Of a stretch of 64,000 nucleotides of DNA, positions 7,601 through 15,477 are shown piece by piece. The notes beneath the pieces are model-generated. The model did no database searches, was not told where the DNA came from, and was given only the letters and a program-made list of their open reading frames with translations. This DNA is from an uncultured Bacteroidota bacterium. Its GTDB lineage: Bacteria; Bacteroidota; Bacteroidia; UKL13-3. The DNA is taken from contig CAIVZR010000014.1 in NCBI GenBank assembly GCA_903910445.1, positions 48,432 to 112,431 of the forward strand, in the 5' to 3' direction. The stretch's first letter is position 1. The number at the start of each line of letters is the position of its first letter. The position numbers and the translations under genes are program-made.

Positions 7601-10407
7601 GTTGAACCTGTAAAACCATTACCAGTATGAAGTGGAACTCCACTGATATCATTGAATCCGTCATAAACTAAGATATAATCATTCGCAGCCATTTTAAGTT
7701 GTTGGAATTTCAATCGAATGGTGCCACTACAACCCGGTCGTATTAAGAATCCACAGGTTTCATTATCTCCATAAGTTCCATCACGGGCTCCACTATCCAT
7801 GATTACACCACTCTTAAACGTGGTAGTCACTGCTGTATTGTCGCACATGGTAAACCCATCCGTAACAATAATATATTTGGTGATTTTAGCACTGTCGGTT
7901 CCAGCAGGGTTACTCACTTTTAACTTTACTGTAAACGTATCAGCACGATTGTAAAAGTGCTGGGGGTATTGCAATGTAGAAGTGGTTGAATCGCCAAAAT
8001 CCCATAACCAGGTTGTGGGGTCATTGGTACTTAAATCGAGATAGGATACAATTTGACCAACCCTAACTCCCAATGGTGATGCTGAAAATGAGGCTGCTGG
8101 TTTGGAATAATTTTTCGTGGTAAAAGTTTTTGTTATACTGTCACATCCTGACACATTACATACCACTAGCTTTGCACTATAGGTGCCTAATGCGTTGAAT
8201 GTCACTACCGGATTTTGAGAAGCGGCACTAGTTCCATTCACAAAACTAACTGTTGCAGGGCTAAACGACCAAAGCCAAGAGGTAGGACTATTTACTGAGA
8301 TATCGATGAGATTGGTAGGTGCACCAATATATGGATTAAATGAGTTACTTGTAAATTGAGCTATCGGCACAGCCAATTGAATTACTTTTGAACTAACAAT
8401 CGTATCTGTGCAACCGGCGCTACTAGTAACAATTAACTTAACACTATAAACCCCGGCACTAGCGAATACATGAATTGGGTTTTGGAAATTAGATGTATTG
8501 TTAACTCCTGAAGATGGATCACCAAAATTCCATTGCCATTGCACCATAGTGCCGCCAGTACTCGCATCAGAGAATTGAATTGGGGTATTCACTGAAGTGT
8601 TATTCATACTAAATTGAGCAACAGGTTTTTCTACTTCAACTGCTTTGGTAATAACTGAGGTAGGCGAGCCTGAAGCAGATGAGGTAACAGTGAGCTTTAC
8701 ATTAAATACACCTGAAGTACTGAATAAATGTTTTGGATTTTTAAGTGTTGAAGAATTAGCGCCTCCTGAGCCAGCATCGCCAAAGTCCCATTGCCAAGAA
8801 GTAATAGTTGCACTTCCAAAAGTAAAACTATAATCATTTAATTGAGTGGAGTCACCTTTACAAACGGTACCACTCTTAAAATCGGCAACAGGTTGACCAT
8901 CTTCTTTGATCATGATACTGTAATCTTCTACCTCACCAATGAGTGTAGGATTGGTACATGCGCTTGGGTAAGAGGCACTTTGTGTGGAGATACGCATTCG
9001 AGTTTTACCACATATAGCACTTGTTGGAATATTGAAGAATAATTTCTTTTCGAGCAGCATAGCATTGGCTGGGCTTCGAATAATGGTATCGAGTACAATA
9101 CGTTCATTTACATCATCAAAGAAACCATCTCTGTTAAAATCGATCCACGCAGCATAAGCAGTGCTATTTACACCATTACCTAAAGTGATATAAATTGAAT
9201 CTTTTGTAATACTTGAACTACTTTTCGTGATGGTATCCGACAAGTAAGTATAGTTGTCGTAATTGTTGGTATTGTAATAAGAAAAATTATTCAATGAACG
9301 CATACGAACCTGATTGATGTATACATAAAAACTCTGAGTTCCTTTACTGATGCAGTATCCTACTTGTCGATTTCCAAAAGGACTAATCACAGCAGGTACC
9401 CGCTGAATATTTGTTACTGTAATAAAATTACATCGTGCATCAATTTTATTATCCAATACGGCATTAGAAGTAATATTATAGCTTAACCAGAAATAATTTT
9501 TACCTGGCAATAATGATTGAGCTGGATTAATAGAAAACGAATTTGAGAAATTGGTAGTGATGCTACCAACTGGAGTTAGCGTATCGAAGGTTGGTTTTAG
9601 TCCAGTATAAAACAGGCGTGCTTTACTAATTTCATTAGGATTGGTGGTGCCAATAGAACTAAAATTAATATCTCCAACCGTGAGTGGATTAAGAGAACCA
9701 TTGCTATTGGTAACCACCTCGATTCCTATTACTTGGTTATTAACGCTTCCTTTTACAACATCATCGAGTATTGTTTGTGTTGTTGTGCTAGATAAAAATA
9801 TTTGTGGTTGCGCTGCCACTACATTGATAGCAAAATCTACAAATTGTTGAGACCAATTATTTCCTCCATTGGCTGTTGCCGGATCATTATTAACACAAGG
9901 GTCGAGGGTTGCATTTACACCAAACTTTGTTGCACAACGCATACGAATGATTCCTAAGGCAGCATTCGCAGGAAAATTAACTGTGGTGGAATAGGTATGA
10001 GTCCCAATATTGGCTGGATCATTTTGAAATATTATTTTTTCCGAGGTTTCAAAAGTCTTATTCCCATTAAAATCGACCCATACACTTAAAGTTTGTTGGT
10101 TGGCACCATTTCCAAGTTGAATAGTTATTGGGTAAGAATTCCCTCTAACACAAGCTGTTGGAGTGGTTGGAACGGTTGTTTGATTTTGGTAGGGGGGGAT
10201 TGTAGTATACCAAGATGGTTGAAAATTTGTAAAATTAATATCTCCAAATTGCACTTTGTATATATGGGTAAAGGACGTAGCATAAGCCATATGTCCAGCA
10301 CCAGCAATATCGATTCCATAGCCAGTATAGCTTGGGGTGCAATATACCTGAGCACGTGCCGATATGATTGATAAGGTTAGAAAAAGGATTAGTAAAAAAT
10401 TTTTCAT
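4639..10407 (-). CDS. Giant (1922 aa) T9SS-secreted mosaic cell-surface protein: signal peptide, at least 5 PKD-like repeats, 2 CUB-like domains, 2 GEVED motifs, 3 HYR/Ig-like (DUF5011-like) repeats, C-terminal Por/T9SS sorting domain
   Basis: Signal peptide MKNFLLILFLTLSIISARAQ. The WxWDFGD...NPxHxF...Y.VxLxVT motif recurs (PKD-like). CUB-like domains: CGF..PGCSG...YDG and CDF..IPCVS...VYDG. GEVEDYS/GEVEDYG. The VxDNVNGNIT...YNVKDSSGNA-type repeat occurs 3 times. The C-terminus ...NPTHDIVNLKLQF...AAGIYLLNISNSQGTITQKIIKE is typical of the TIGR04183-type CTD. Confidence 0.85.
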   Translation of the reverse strand: MKNFLLILFLTLSIISARAQVYCTPSYTGYGIDIAGAGHMAYATSFTHIYKVQFGDINFTNFQPSWYTTIPPYQNQTTVPTTPTACVRGNSYPITIQLGNGANQQTLSVWVDFNGNKTFETSEKIIFQNDPANIGTHTYSTTVNFPANAALGIIRMRCATKFGVNATLDPCVNNDPATANGGNNWSQQFVDFAINVVAAQPQIFLSSTTTQTILDDVVKGSVNNQVIGIEVVTNSNGSLNPLTVGDINFSSIGTTNPNEISKARLFYTGLKPTFDTLTPVGSITTNFSNSFSINPAQSLLPGKNYFWLSYNITSNAVLDNKIDARCNFITVTNIQRVPAVISPFGNRQVGYCISKGTQSFYVYINQVRMRSLNNFSYYNTNNYDNYTYLSDTITKSSSSITKDSIYITLGNGVNSTAYAAWIDFNRDGFFDDVNERIVLDTIIRSPANAMLLEKKLFFNIPTSAICGKTRMRISTQSASYPSACTNPTLIGEVEDYSIMIKEDGQPVADFKSGTVCKGDSTQLNDYSFTFGSATITSWQWDFGDAGSGGANSSTLKNPKHLFSTSGVFNVKLTVTSSASGSPTSVITKAVEVEKPVAQFSMNNTSVNTPIQFSDASTGGTMVQWQWNFGDPSSGVNNTSNFQNPIHVFASAGVYSVKLIVTSSAGCTDTIVSSKVIQLAVPIAQFTSNSFNPYIGAPTNLIDISVNSPTSWLWSFSPATVSFVNGTSAASQNPVVTFNALGTYSAKLVVCNVSGCDSITKTFTTKNYSKPAASFSASPLGVRVGQIVSYLDLSTNDPTTWLWDFGDSTTSTLQYPQHFYNRADTFTVKLKVSNPAGTDSAKITKYIIVTDGFTMCDNTAVTTTFKSGVIMDSGARDGTYGDNETCGFLIRPGCSGTIRLKFQQLKMAANDYILVYDGFNDISGVPLHTGNGFTGSTIPDTLFAYSGAIFIKMQTNLAGTDSGFVAQWIADDNVKPKVSILTDTIGYVNSIMRYKNLTTGAGNVYSWDVNGDGVSDSTTKDASFRFTITGNFMIRLIAKNCIGADTGYFLIKIVAPTRVPEANFAANKVVLDLNDEIILTDLSQYGATRWKWELTQDATGFAQGFVFSNGTNDTMMAPNILFYEPGYYTICLTSTNIIGSSVKYCKTAYIFVKDRATMCFPINTSNTKQGKIFDSGDNIGNYSASENCDFVISIPCVSKIVMSFKSFNFANGDYLRVYDGIDSISGIPLFSGAGFSGANSPGVLTSYSGSFYILERTNASLNAAGFEADWIAYDKDSTNTKLELSAADTGYVNASHVFRNNALPNAYYSYDFDGNGLIDTISNGTIFSHKFTSPGTYSGVLYDLTCGTQSATKKVIILNATQKPVANFDANIRNPATNDTVILFDLSKYGASTFSWSISPATYTLLNSSLSNGLVRVVFNATGSYNVSLSATNSFGTDAITKTAFINVHSLCAPSFNSGQTGIGIYRVQVGLMNHTSTQTYGYHDYSQTYITQLEKGSSGNFIASERLATAIAQSWSIWLDANQDGIFSASERVGQVLNSTANLISGNITVPNTALPGYTKIRFAAYFGTTAVADGCSAMANGEVEDYGVMIITDRTPPVITLLGNNPDSVEIGHTYTDPGATALDNVNGNITANIVKTGTVNTNVLGVYSLFYNVKDSSGNAAIQKVRAVKVTVDKTAPTITLLGADTIFVEVHFPYIELGATASDLVDGNVTNKIIIAGFVDTATVGSYTITYQITDLAGNIQIKFRKVIVRDTTKPIITLLGSAIVNIVRGGTYTEAGATVTDNYYKGLIPIITGTVLPNVLGQYTLLYDVTDGSNNKAVTVQRIVNVNPPAGIQTNLGLNSFSITPNPTHDIVNLKLQFNELSKVMITLTDIQGKTLVTLDDQILTKEFQINLSDYAAGIYLLNISNSQGTITQKIIKE

Positions 10408-10523
10408 GGGAAGAACATTTTGAATTTATGCAATTTGATAAAAAAACGTTGCAATACAAAATCTGAATTCAAAAATGACAGGAAGGTGTCAAAAAATATA
10501 TGTAATTGAATATCCCTAAATTA

Positions 10524-10553
10524 AAAAGCCACCGCAAATGCGGTGGCTTCGAA
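10524..10553 (-). terminator. Rho-independent terminator of the small lipoprotein gene
   Basis: Minus-strand sequence cgaaGCCACCGCatttGCGGTGGCttttt: a perfect 8-bp GC-rich stem followed by a T-tract, about 45 nt after the stop at 10594. Confidence 0.55.
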
Positions 10554-10593
10554 CATTATCACAAACTCATTCTCTTCTCTGATACATCGCAGA

Positions 10594-10941
10594 TTAGTTA
10601 TTGAGTCCGCCGGCATCAATCCAGCATATGATAGCGTTTTTTTGATCGGTGGTTAATACATTGCCTCTCGGCATTGAGCCACTTACTATTGATGAACGAA
10701 TAGCAGATTTACTTGCGGAAATTTGGGCATAGGTGGTTAAAGCTCCAGGGCCTTTTTTACTTCCCGAATCATGACACCCTGAAGTCGCACAGAATGAAAT
10801 TACCAAAGGTTTTACATCGATAGCAAACAACTTCGTTCCACTGCAGTTTGGAGTAAAGCTGGTGTTGTTTGGAAGCGTTGGTTTGGTACAGGAAATAAAC
10901 ACACACATAGCAGCATAAAACATAATCAGGAACTTTTTCAT
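10594..10941 (-). CDS. Small lipoprotein with PSCyt1-like (Planctomycete cytochrome-c-like) domain carrying a non-canonical CATSGCH motif
   Basis: Signal peptide plus lipobox (MKKFLIMFYAAMCVFISC). ...LVISFCATSGCHDSGSKKGPGALTTY...SGSMPRGNVLTTDQKNAIICWIDAGG resembles the PSCyt1 pattern (CxxCH...MPp...L...WI.aGA), but the cysteines are spaced CX4CH. The start was chosen at the second Met (MKKF). Confidence 0.5.
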   Translation of the reverse strand: MKKFLIMFYAAMCVFISCTKPTLPNNTSFTPNCSGTKLFAIDVKPLVISFCATSGCHDSGSKKGPGALTTYAQISASKSAIRSSIVSGSMPRGNVLTTDQKNAIICWIDAGGLNN

Positions 10942-10982
10942 AGGATACACAAAATTTAAAGATTAAACACTTAGAGAACTAT

Positions 10983-11163
10983 CACCCAACATTATTACAA
11001 TCAAATTTATTTAATAAATTTAAAGGTGGGTTGTGTAAATGGATCCGATATATATTCCTTTAAATACGGTTACGAGATTGGATGTAAATTGGTGGGGTTG
11101 AAAATTTATTTACCGAAAATAATTATAAAACATAAAAAAATGAACCCCATAACCCACCTTTAA
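10983..11163. promoter_or_regulatory. Divergent control region containing four copies of a GGTGGG(G)TT motif, including a 13-bp inverted repeat
   Basis: CACCCAA at 10983-10989 (minus sense), AGGTGGGTT at 11024-11032, GGTGGGGTT at 11091-11099, AACCCACCT at 11151-11159 (minus sense). TTTAAAGGTGGGTT (11019-11032) is the reverse complement of AACCCACCTTTAA (11151-11163). The region lies between the divergently transcribed lipoprotein gene and the ECF sigma gene. Confidence 0.4.
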
Positions 11164-11215
11164 CAGCAAATCTCCGTAAAGTAGGTTAGTTTTACCGATT
11201 ATAATAGGCTGAAGA

Positions 11216-11824
11216 TTGGCAATAACAAATGAAATAGATTACCAAGATGATGATACACATAGTATTATCAAGGCATGCTTGCAAGGTAATGGAAGTGCAG
11301 AACGATTGTTATTAAAGCAAAATTTAGGATTTGCAAAACTAGTAACGTCAAGATATGCCGCCAATGCTGAAGAAGGGGAAGAAATTGTTAATGATGGGTT
11401 TTTAAAAGTATTTCAGAATCTGGGTAAATACCAATTCGATCAACCTTTTAAAGCTTGGGTGAGAACTATCATGGTTAGAACAGCCATTGATTATTACCGG
11501 AAAAATTTAAAGCATCATGAATTGGTGCCGCTAGATGATGTTGATGTGGCGAATATTGGGGCTGATGTGATTAGTAAAATTTCAACTTCTGAGATTTTAA
11601 AGTTGATACAAAGATTAAGCCCTGCTTATCGAATGGTATTTACCATGTATGTTTTAGATGGATATACTCATAAAGAGATTGCTTCCATGTTAGAAATCAA
11701 GGAAGGCACCTCCAAATCAAATTTACAAGACGCACGTAAAAAATTACAAATTATGATCAAAAAATTCTACCCCAATCTTTATCTTGCACACGCACTAAAC
11801 TCAAGCAAAATCAATGAAAACTGA
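11216..11824 (+). CDS. ECF-type RNA polymerase sigma-70 factor
   Basis: Region 2 (EEGEEIVNDGFLKVFQNLGKYQFDQPFKAWVRTIMVRTAIDYYRK) and region 4 (LSPAYRMVFTMYVLDGYTHKEIASMLEIKEGTSKSNLQDARKKL) are recognisable. The first in-frame start after an upstream stop is the TTG at 11216, so the true start is uncertain. Confidence 0.75.
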   Translation: MAITNEIDYQDDDTHSIIKACLQGNGSAERLLLKQNLGFAKLVTSRYAANAEEGEEIVNDGFLKVFQNLGKYQFDQPFKAWVRTIMVRTAIDYYRKNLKHHELVPLDDVDVANIGADVISKISTSEILKLIQRLSPAYRMVFTMYVLDGYTHKEIASMLEIKEGTSKSNLQDARKKLQIMIKKFYPNLYLAHALNSSKINEN

Positions 11825-13028
11825 AGAATTTGATGATGCAATTCGGGACAAATTTAATGCTCCTGTGCCTCCTGTTTCTGAAACAGAGGTAGACGCTGTA
11901 TTTAGAAATATCAATAATCGCAGATTAGCAAATACGAATTTCCGCTGGCGTAGATATGCCTTATTTACATTTGCTGTAATGCTTTTGGGAGGACTTCTCT
12001 TTTGGAATATTCGATTAAACACCCATCAGCAAAATCTGGCAGCTGAGGTTAAGCAACTTAATGAACGACTTGATCAGACAAATGCAACTAAGGATGGAGG
12101 AAAAAGTAATATTGTACAAGAAGTTATAACACCACCAACTACTCCCCCTGCTTCGAGTATTGAACCTGAAACAAATAGAATAAACCCCGCTCAAAATTCT
12201 CAAAAACTAGCAACAAAAAGAACTGAGAGCGCGACGACGGTAGTGCCGTATAAGAAATCAGAAAATTCGGATAATAGTTTAGTTTCCGAAAATAGCGTGG
12301 TACCTATTAAGCAACCTGAAATGGTTGATAACAAAACCAGTTCTGACAGCGCTTTAGCTCCAGCCTCAGAAAGCACCAATAATATTGTTAAGGCCGAAGA
12401 ATCAGAGCAAAAGCCTGCAGTAAATAAAACAGCGAACAAAGTTAAATTCAATTTTTTGACTGGAATTTGTGCAGATTTAAGTATTCCATTTACAGGAATT
12501 AATTTACTTGAAGAAGTCCAAATTGGCAAGCATTGGAGTGTTACTAGCGGATTGCGCTATCTTTCCTTTGGAGATGAACAATTTGGAAATGAGGAAGAAT
12601 ACAATGCGAAAGCGCATGAAGAATTTAAAGAAAGATTCAATGCACATATTGCTGACTCCGATGAGATTGGCGAAATAGAAATTCATGACCAATTTCTGCA
12701 AATCCCATTATTGTTAAATTATCGTTTCCCATTAAAAAACGGGTTTGAAATGTTACTCTCAACAGGCAGTGATATTAATTTATATTTCAGAAAGAATGTT
12801 CAATTTATAAGCAAGACCCCAAGTAATTTTGAAACACCTGTTGCCCTTGTAGAGAAACCTGATTTTAAAACAGTGCATGATATTCGGTTAGGTTTTGGTA
12901 TTCAAAAGCATTGGAATCGATATTCAATACAAATAGTGCCAGAGGCTGTGTACTTATTCAACACTCCTAATCTATATGTCAAACCATTTAATCCTGGAAT
13001 AAAGCTAGGTGCATTTTACAGAATTTAG
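11814..13028 (+). CDS. Putative anti-sigma factor / membrane protein: cytoplasmic N-terminus, single TM helix, low-complexity periplasmic linker, C-terminal outer-membrane beta-barrel-like domain
   Basis: Its ATG at 11814 overlaps the sigma gene's TGA at 11822-11824 (ATGAAAACTGA), suggesting translational coupling. TM segment YALFTFAVMLLGGLLFW. The C-terminus has alternating hydrophobic residues and ends ...KLGAFYRI, which is porin-like. Confidence 0.5.
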   Translation: MKTEEFDDAIRDKFNAPVPPVSETEVDAVFRNINNRRLANTNFRWRRYALFTFAVMLLGGLLFWNIRLNTHQQNLAAEVKQLNERLDQTNATKDGGKSNIVQEVITPPTTPPASSIEPETNRINPAQNSQKLATKRTESATTVVPYKKSENSDNSLVSENSVVPIKQPEMVDNKTSSDSALAPASESTNNIVKAEESEQKPAVNKTANKVKFNFLTGICADLSIPFTGINLLEEVQIGKHWSVTSGLRYLSFGDEQFGNEEEYNAKAHEEFKERFNAHIADSDEIGEIEIHDQFLQIPLLLNYRFPLKNGFEMLLSTGSDINLYFRKNVQFISKTPSNFETPVALVEKPDFKTVHDIRLGFGIQKHWNRYSIQIVPEAVYLFNTPNLYVKPFNPGIKLGAFYRI

Positions 13029-13040
13029 CCCTGCATTTTT

Positions 13041-13676
13041 TCAAAGTGAGACGTATACAAATTTCCTTCTAAGGCTATCCGATTTGCAATTATTCCCTTT
13101 GGGTATATTGGCCATGTTTTTTGCCTCTTGAACCGAGACAACATTAAAGTTCAAATTCATTTTCTTTTCCGAAACGAATTTATTTGCATATTTCCTTTTG
13201 ACTCCTGATCCAGTATTAGAATTCACTTTCGAAAAAATCGAATCTTTGTATTCCGGCAAGGTTGAATTGAAGGCTTCGGACTCTTTGTGTACATATACTG
13301 TATCAACAACAGGCTGAAAAACCACCTGATTCGAGGTTGAAGGTTGTAGCCAAAACCGCAATTGATATCCCAACCCAATTGACAAAATTACAATCGCCGC
13401 ATATCGTAAAAAGCTAGAAGAAATAAACCGTTGCCTTGGTTTTGAGTAAACCTCATCAAAAGTTCTCATTATACGTTCTCTAGATTGTATCCTATTATTT
13501 TGAGTAGGATGCATGAGTTTATTTATTTCATAGGTTGTATGCGCCAATTCCTGATACTCTTCAAGTGTTATATATTGAAGCACAACTAATTTTTGCTGAG
13601 AATCCAATTGGTCGAATGATTTGGACGACAACCAATCGAATACCTCACTTGGAATATTTTCAATATTATTTTTCAT
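13041..13676 (-). CDS. Putative anti-sigma factor (single-pass membrane protein) partnered with the upstream ECF sigma
   Basis: It overlaps the 3' end of the sigma gene by 11 nt. A cytoplasmic N-terminal domain is followed by a TM helix (YAAIVILSIGLGYQL). It has no similarity to known enzymes. Its position is typical for an anti-sigma factor. Confidence 0.4.
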   Translation of the reverse strand: MKNNIENIPSEVFDWLSSKSFDQLDSQQKLVVLQYITLEEYQELAHTTYEINKLMHPTQNNRIQSRERIMRTFDEVYSKPRQRFISSSFLRYAAIVILSIGLGYQLRFWLQPSTSNQVVFQPVVDTVYVHKESEAFNSTLPEYKDSIFSKVNSNTGSGVKRKYANKFVSEKKMNLNFNVVSVQEAKNMANIPKGNNCKSDSLRRKFVYVSL

Positions 13677-14235
13677 ATCTGAATTCTTTTAATTGTAATG
13701 ACATTTTTTTGAGCATGTAATAAATCCCTGATTTAACTGACCCTTCAGGAATAGCCAGAATTTCCGCAATTTCTTTTATAGGTAAATCTTGCTCAAAACG
13801 CAGTTTAAAAATCATTTGTTCTTTTTCATTAAGTTGCATGAGAATATCCGCTATATGCTTTTTCAAAAAGAGTTTATCGTCATTCGGAACATTATCGTAA
13901 GCAGCCTCTTGAAATTTTTCGTTATGCAAACGCTCTTGATTTTTTTGATTTCTGAGCACGTTTTTACTGCTATTACCAACACTAGTATAAACCCATGTTG
14001 AGAATCTTTTCTCTGTATCAAAATGGGAAGGATTGGTGATTATTTTAATAAAAATTTCTTGAACTGTATCTTCAGCAAGCTGCTCATTATTTAAAAATGT
14101 TCGAGCAAACCAAACCAGCTTATCAAAATAACGTTCGTACAATAACTCAAAAGCCCTGCGGTTGCCCTTCCCAACGAGCAACATCAGTTGTTCATCAGAC
14201 GACATCCGATCAGGGCTATGTGAGATATTAAACAA
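13666..14235 (-). CDS. ECF-type RNA polymerase sigma-70 factor
   Basis: Region 2 (LAEDTVQEIFIKIITNPSHFDTEKRFSTWVYTSVGNSSKNVLR) and region 4 (EQMIFKLRFEQDLPIKEIAEILAIPEGSVKSGIYYMLKKM) are recognisable. Confidence 0.8.
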   Translation of the reverse strand: MFNISHSPDRMSSDEQLMLLVGKGNRRAFELLYERYFDKLVWFARTFLNNEQLAEDTVQEIFIKIITNPSHFDTEKRFSTWVYTSVGNSSKNVLRNQKNQERLHNEKFQEAAYDNVPNDDKLFLKKHIADILMQLNEKEQMIFKLRFEQDLPIKEIAEILAIPEGSVKSGIYYMLKKMSLQLKEFRYEK

Positions 14236-14241
14236 AATTTC

Positions 14242-15387
14242 TTAGTTCAGTTGTTTTATAATTTCCGTTTCATAGGTTGAATTCTTGGCAATAATCAATA
14301 TTTTTTCCTTCAGCAAAGAAGCATTTTTTGTATCACCCGAAAGTTTATAGTGCTCATACAATTTTAACATTGGAACAGCATAATTCATATTCATTTGTTT
14401 AGAAATTTCGGAAGAAATATCTTTATAAAATTCATGGCTTAAATAATCCAAAGCAAATACTTGTTCGAAATTTTTCTTTAAGACGGCCAGATTATCTATC
14501 GATTCTGTGTGGTATTCGTAAGCCAAGCCTATAAGGTACAGATGGTCATCAATACTGGAAATATAATCATCAGTGGCGGCTGTTAAAGCCACGTAAACAG
14601 AGTATTTTTTGGTATTTGTCAATGCTTTTTCAATCACTTTTTTTTCAAAATTTCTTTCTTCATCGGCATCCGAATCAGCTTTCCAATTGGTTATCCCCAA
14701 TTCATTAAAAATCTTTGCACGATACGCTGGAAGCCTTAATAAACTTAAATTCAATACCGTTACATCACGTCGAATTCCTTGAGCCTGAAGCATCCATAGC
14801 GGATAAGTATCATTATCTCCACAGGTAAATAAAATGGCATTTTGTTTTAAACTAGCAAGTACATTATAATTATAATACAAGATGCCAGGAGAACTCAATT
14901 TCGAATGATACCATATATCCGAGTATTTATCTCTTCGTTGAATATTACGTTCTAATTCACCCCAAACTATCATATCGGCAACGTGTTCAGTTCTATCGTT
15001 ACCTAGTTCTTCTGCTTTCTGAAGGTACTTGGTTGACTCCGGAGTATGGGGTGTTGAAATCCACATGCACAGATTATACTCGAAGCTATTAGGCACTTCC
15101 TTCCCCATCTCCGTAACTATTAATTTAAGACTGCTATCCTTCTCGGAGTAGGTGCGATGATCTGTGGTATCGACCGCTTTTAAGTTCCTCATAACACGAT
15201 AATAATTATACCATGCATAGGCATCATCAGGTTTCTTGACTAAAGCATTTTTCCAAGCAATAGCTTGCGCTTTATAATACGCTAGCGGCTTTTGAACTGT
15301 TACAAAACTATAAATTGTTTCAGGATTTTGAGCCTTCAAGCTCGTTGCAATACAGATTGCAAAAATTAATAAAAGGAAATGTTTCAT
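14242..15387 (-). CDS. Hypothetical exported protein (signal peptide, no recognisable catalytic motif)
   Basis: Signal peptide [20 protein letters not shown]. It sits 6 bp upstream of the ECF sigma gene and 90 bp downstream of the GT39 gene on the same strand. Confidence 0.5.
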   Translation of the reverse strand: MKHFLLLIFAICIATSLKAQNPETIYSFVTVQKPLAYYKAQAIAWKNALVKKPDDAYAWYNYYRVMRNLKAVDTTDHRTYSEKDSSLKLIVTEMGKEVPNSFEYNLCMWISTPHTPESTKYLQKAEELGNDRTEHVADMIVWGELERNIQRRDKYSDIWYHSKLSSPGILYYNYNVLASLKQNAILFTCGDNDTYPLWMLQAQGIRRDVTVLNLSLLRLPAYRAKIFNELGITNWKADSDADEERNFEKKVIEKALTNTKKYSVYVALTAATDDYISSIDDHLYLIGLAYEYHTESIDNLAVLKKNFEQVFALDYLSHEFYKDISSEISKQMNMNYAVPMLKLYEHYKLSGDTKNASLLKEKILIIAKNSTYETEIIKQLN

Positions 15388-15477
15388 AATTGGAATTTGA
15401 GAGTTATACCCGCCAAACCATATAAAGGTTCAAGCAAATAAATAAAATTCAAATAAATATATATATCGAACATTCAA

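Noticed and set aside
4897-10371. Many 60-140 aa plus-strand ORFs inside the 1922-aa minus-strand gene
   Set aside because: They fall entirely within a strongly supported long CDS and translate to low-complexity sequences. They are typical shadow ORFs.
14638-14645. T8/A8 homopolymer inside the 381-aa exported protein gene
   Set aside because: A7-A8 runs encoding Lys-Lys are frequent in this AT-rich genome. Without other evidence it is not called a phase-variation site, unlike the A9 tract at 29473-29481, which sits at a gene junction.
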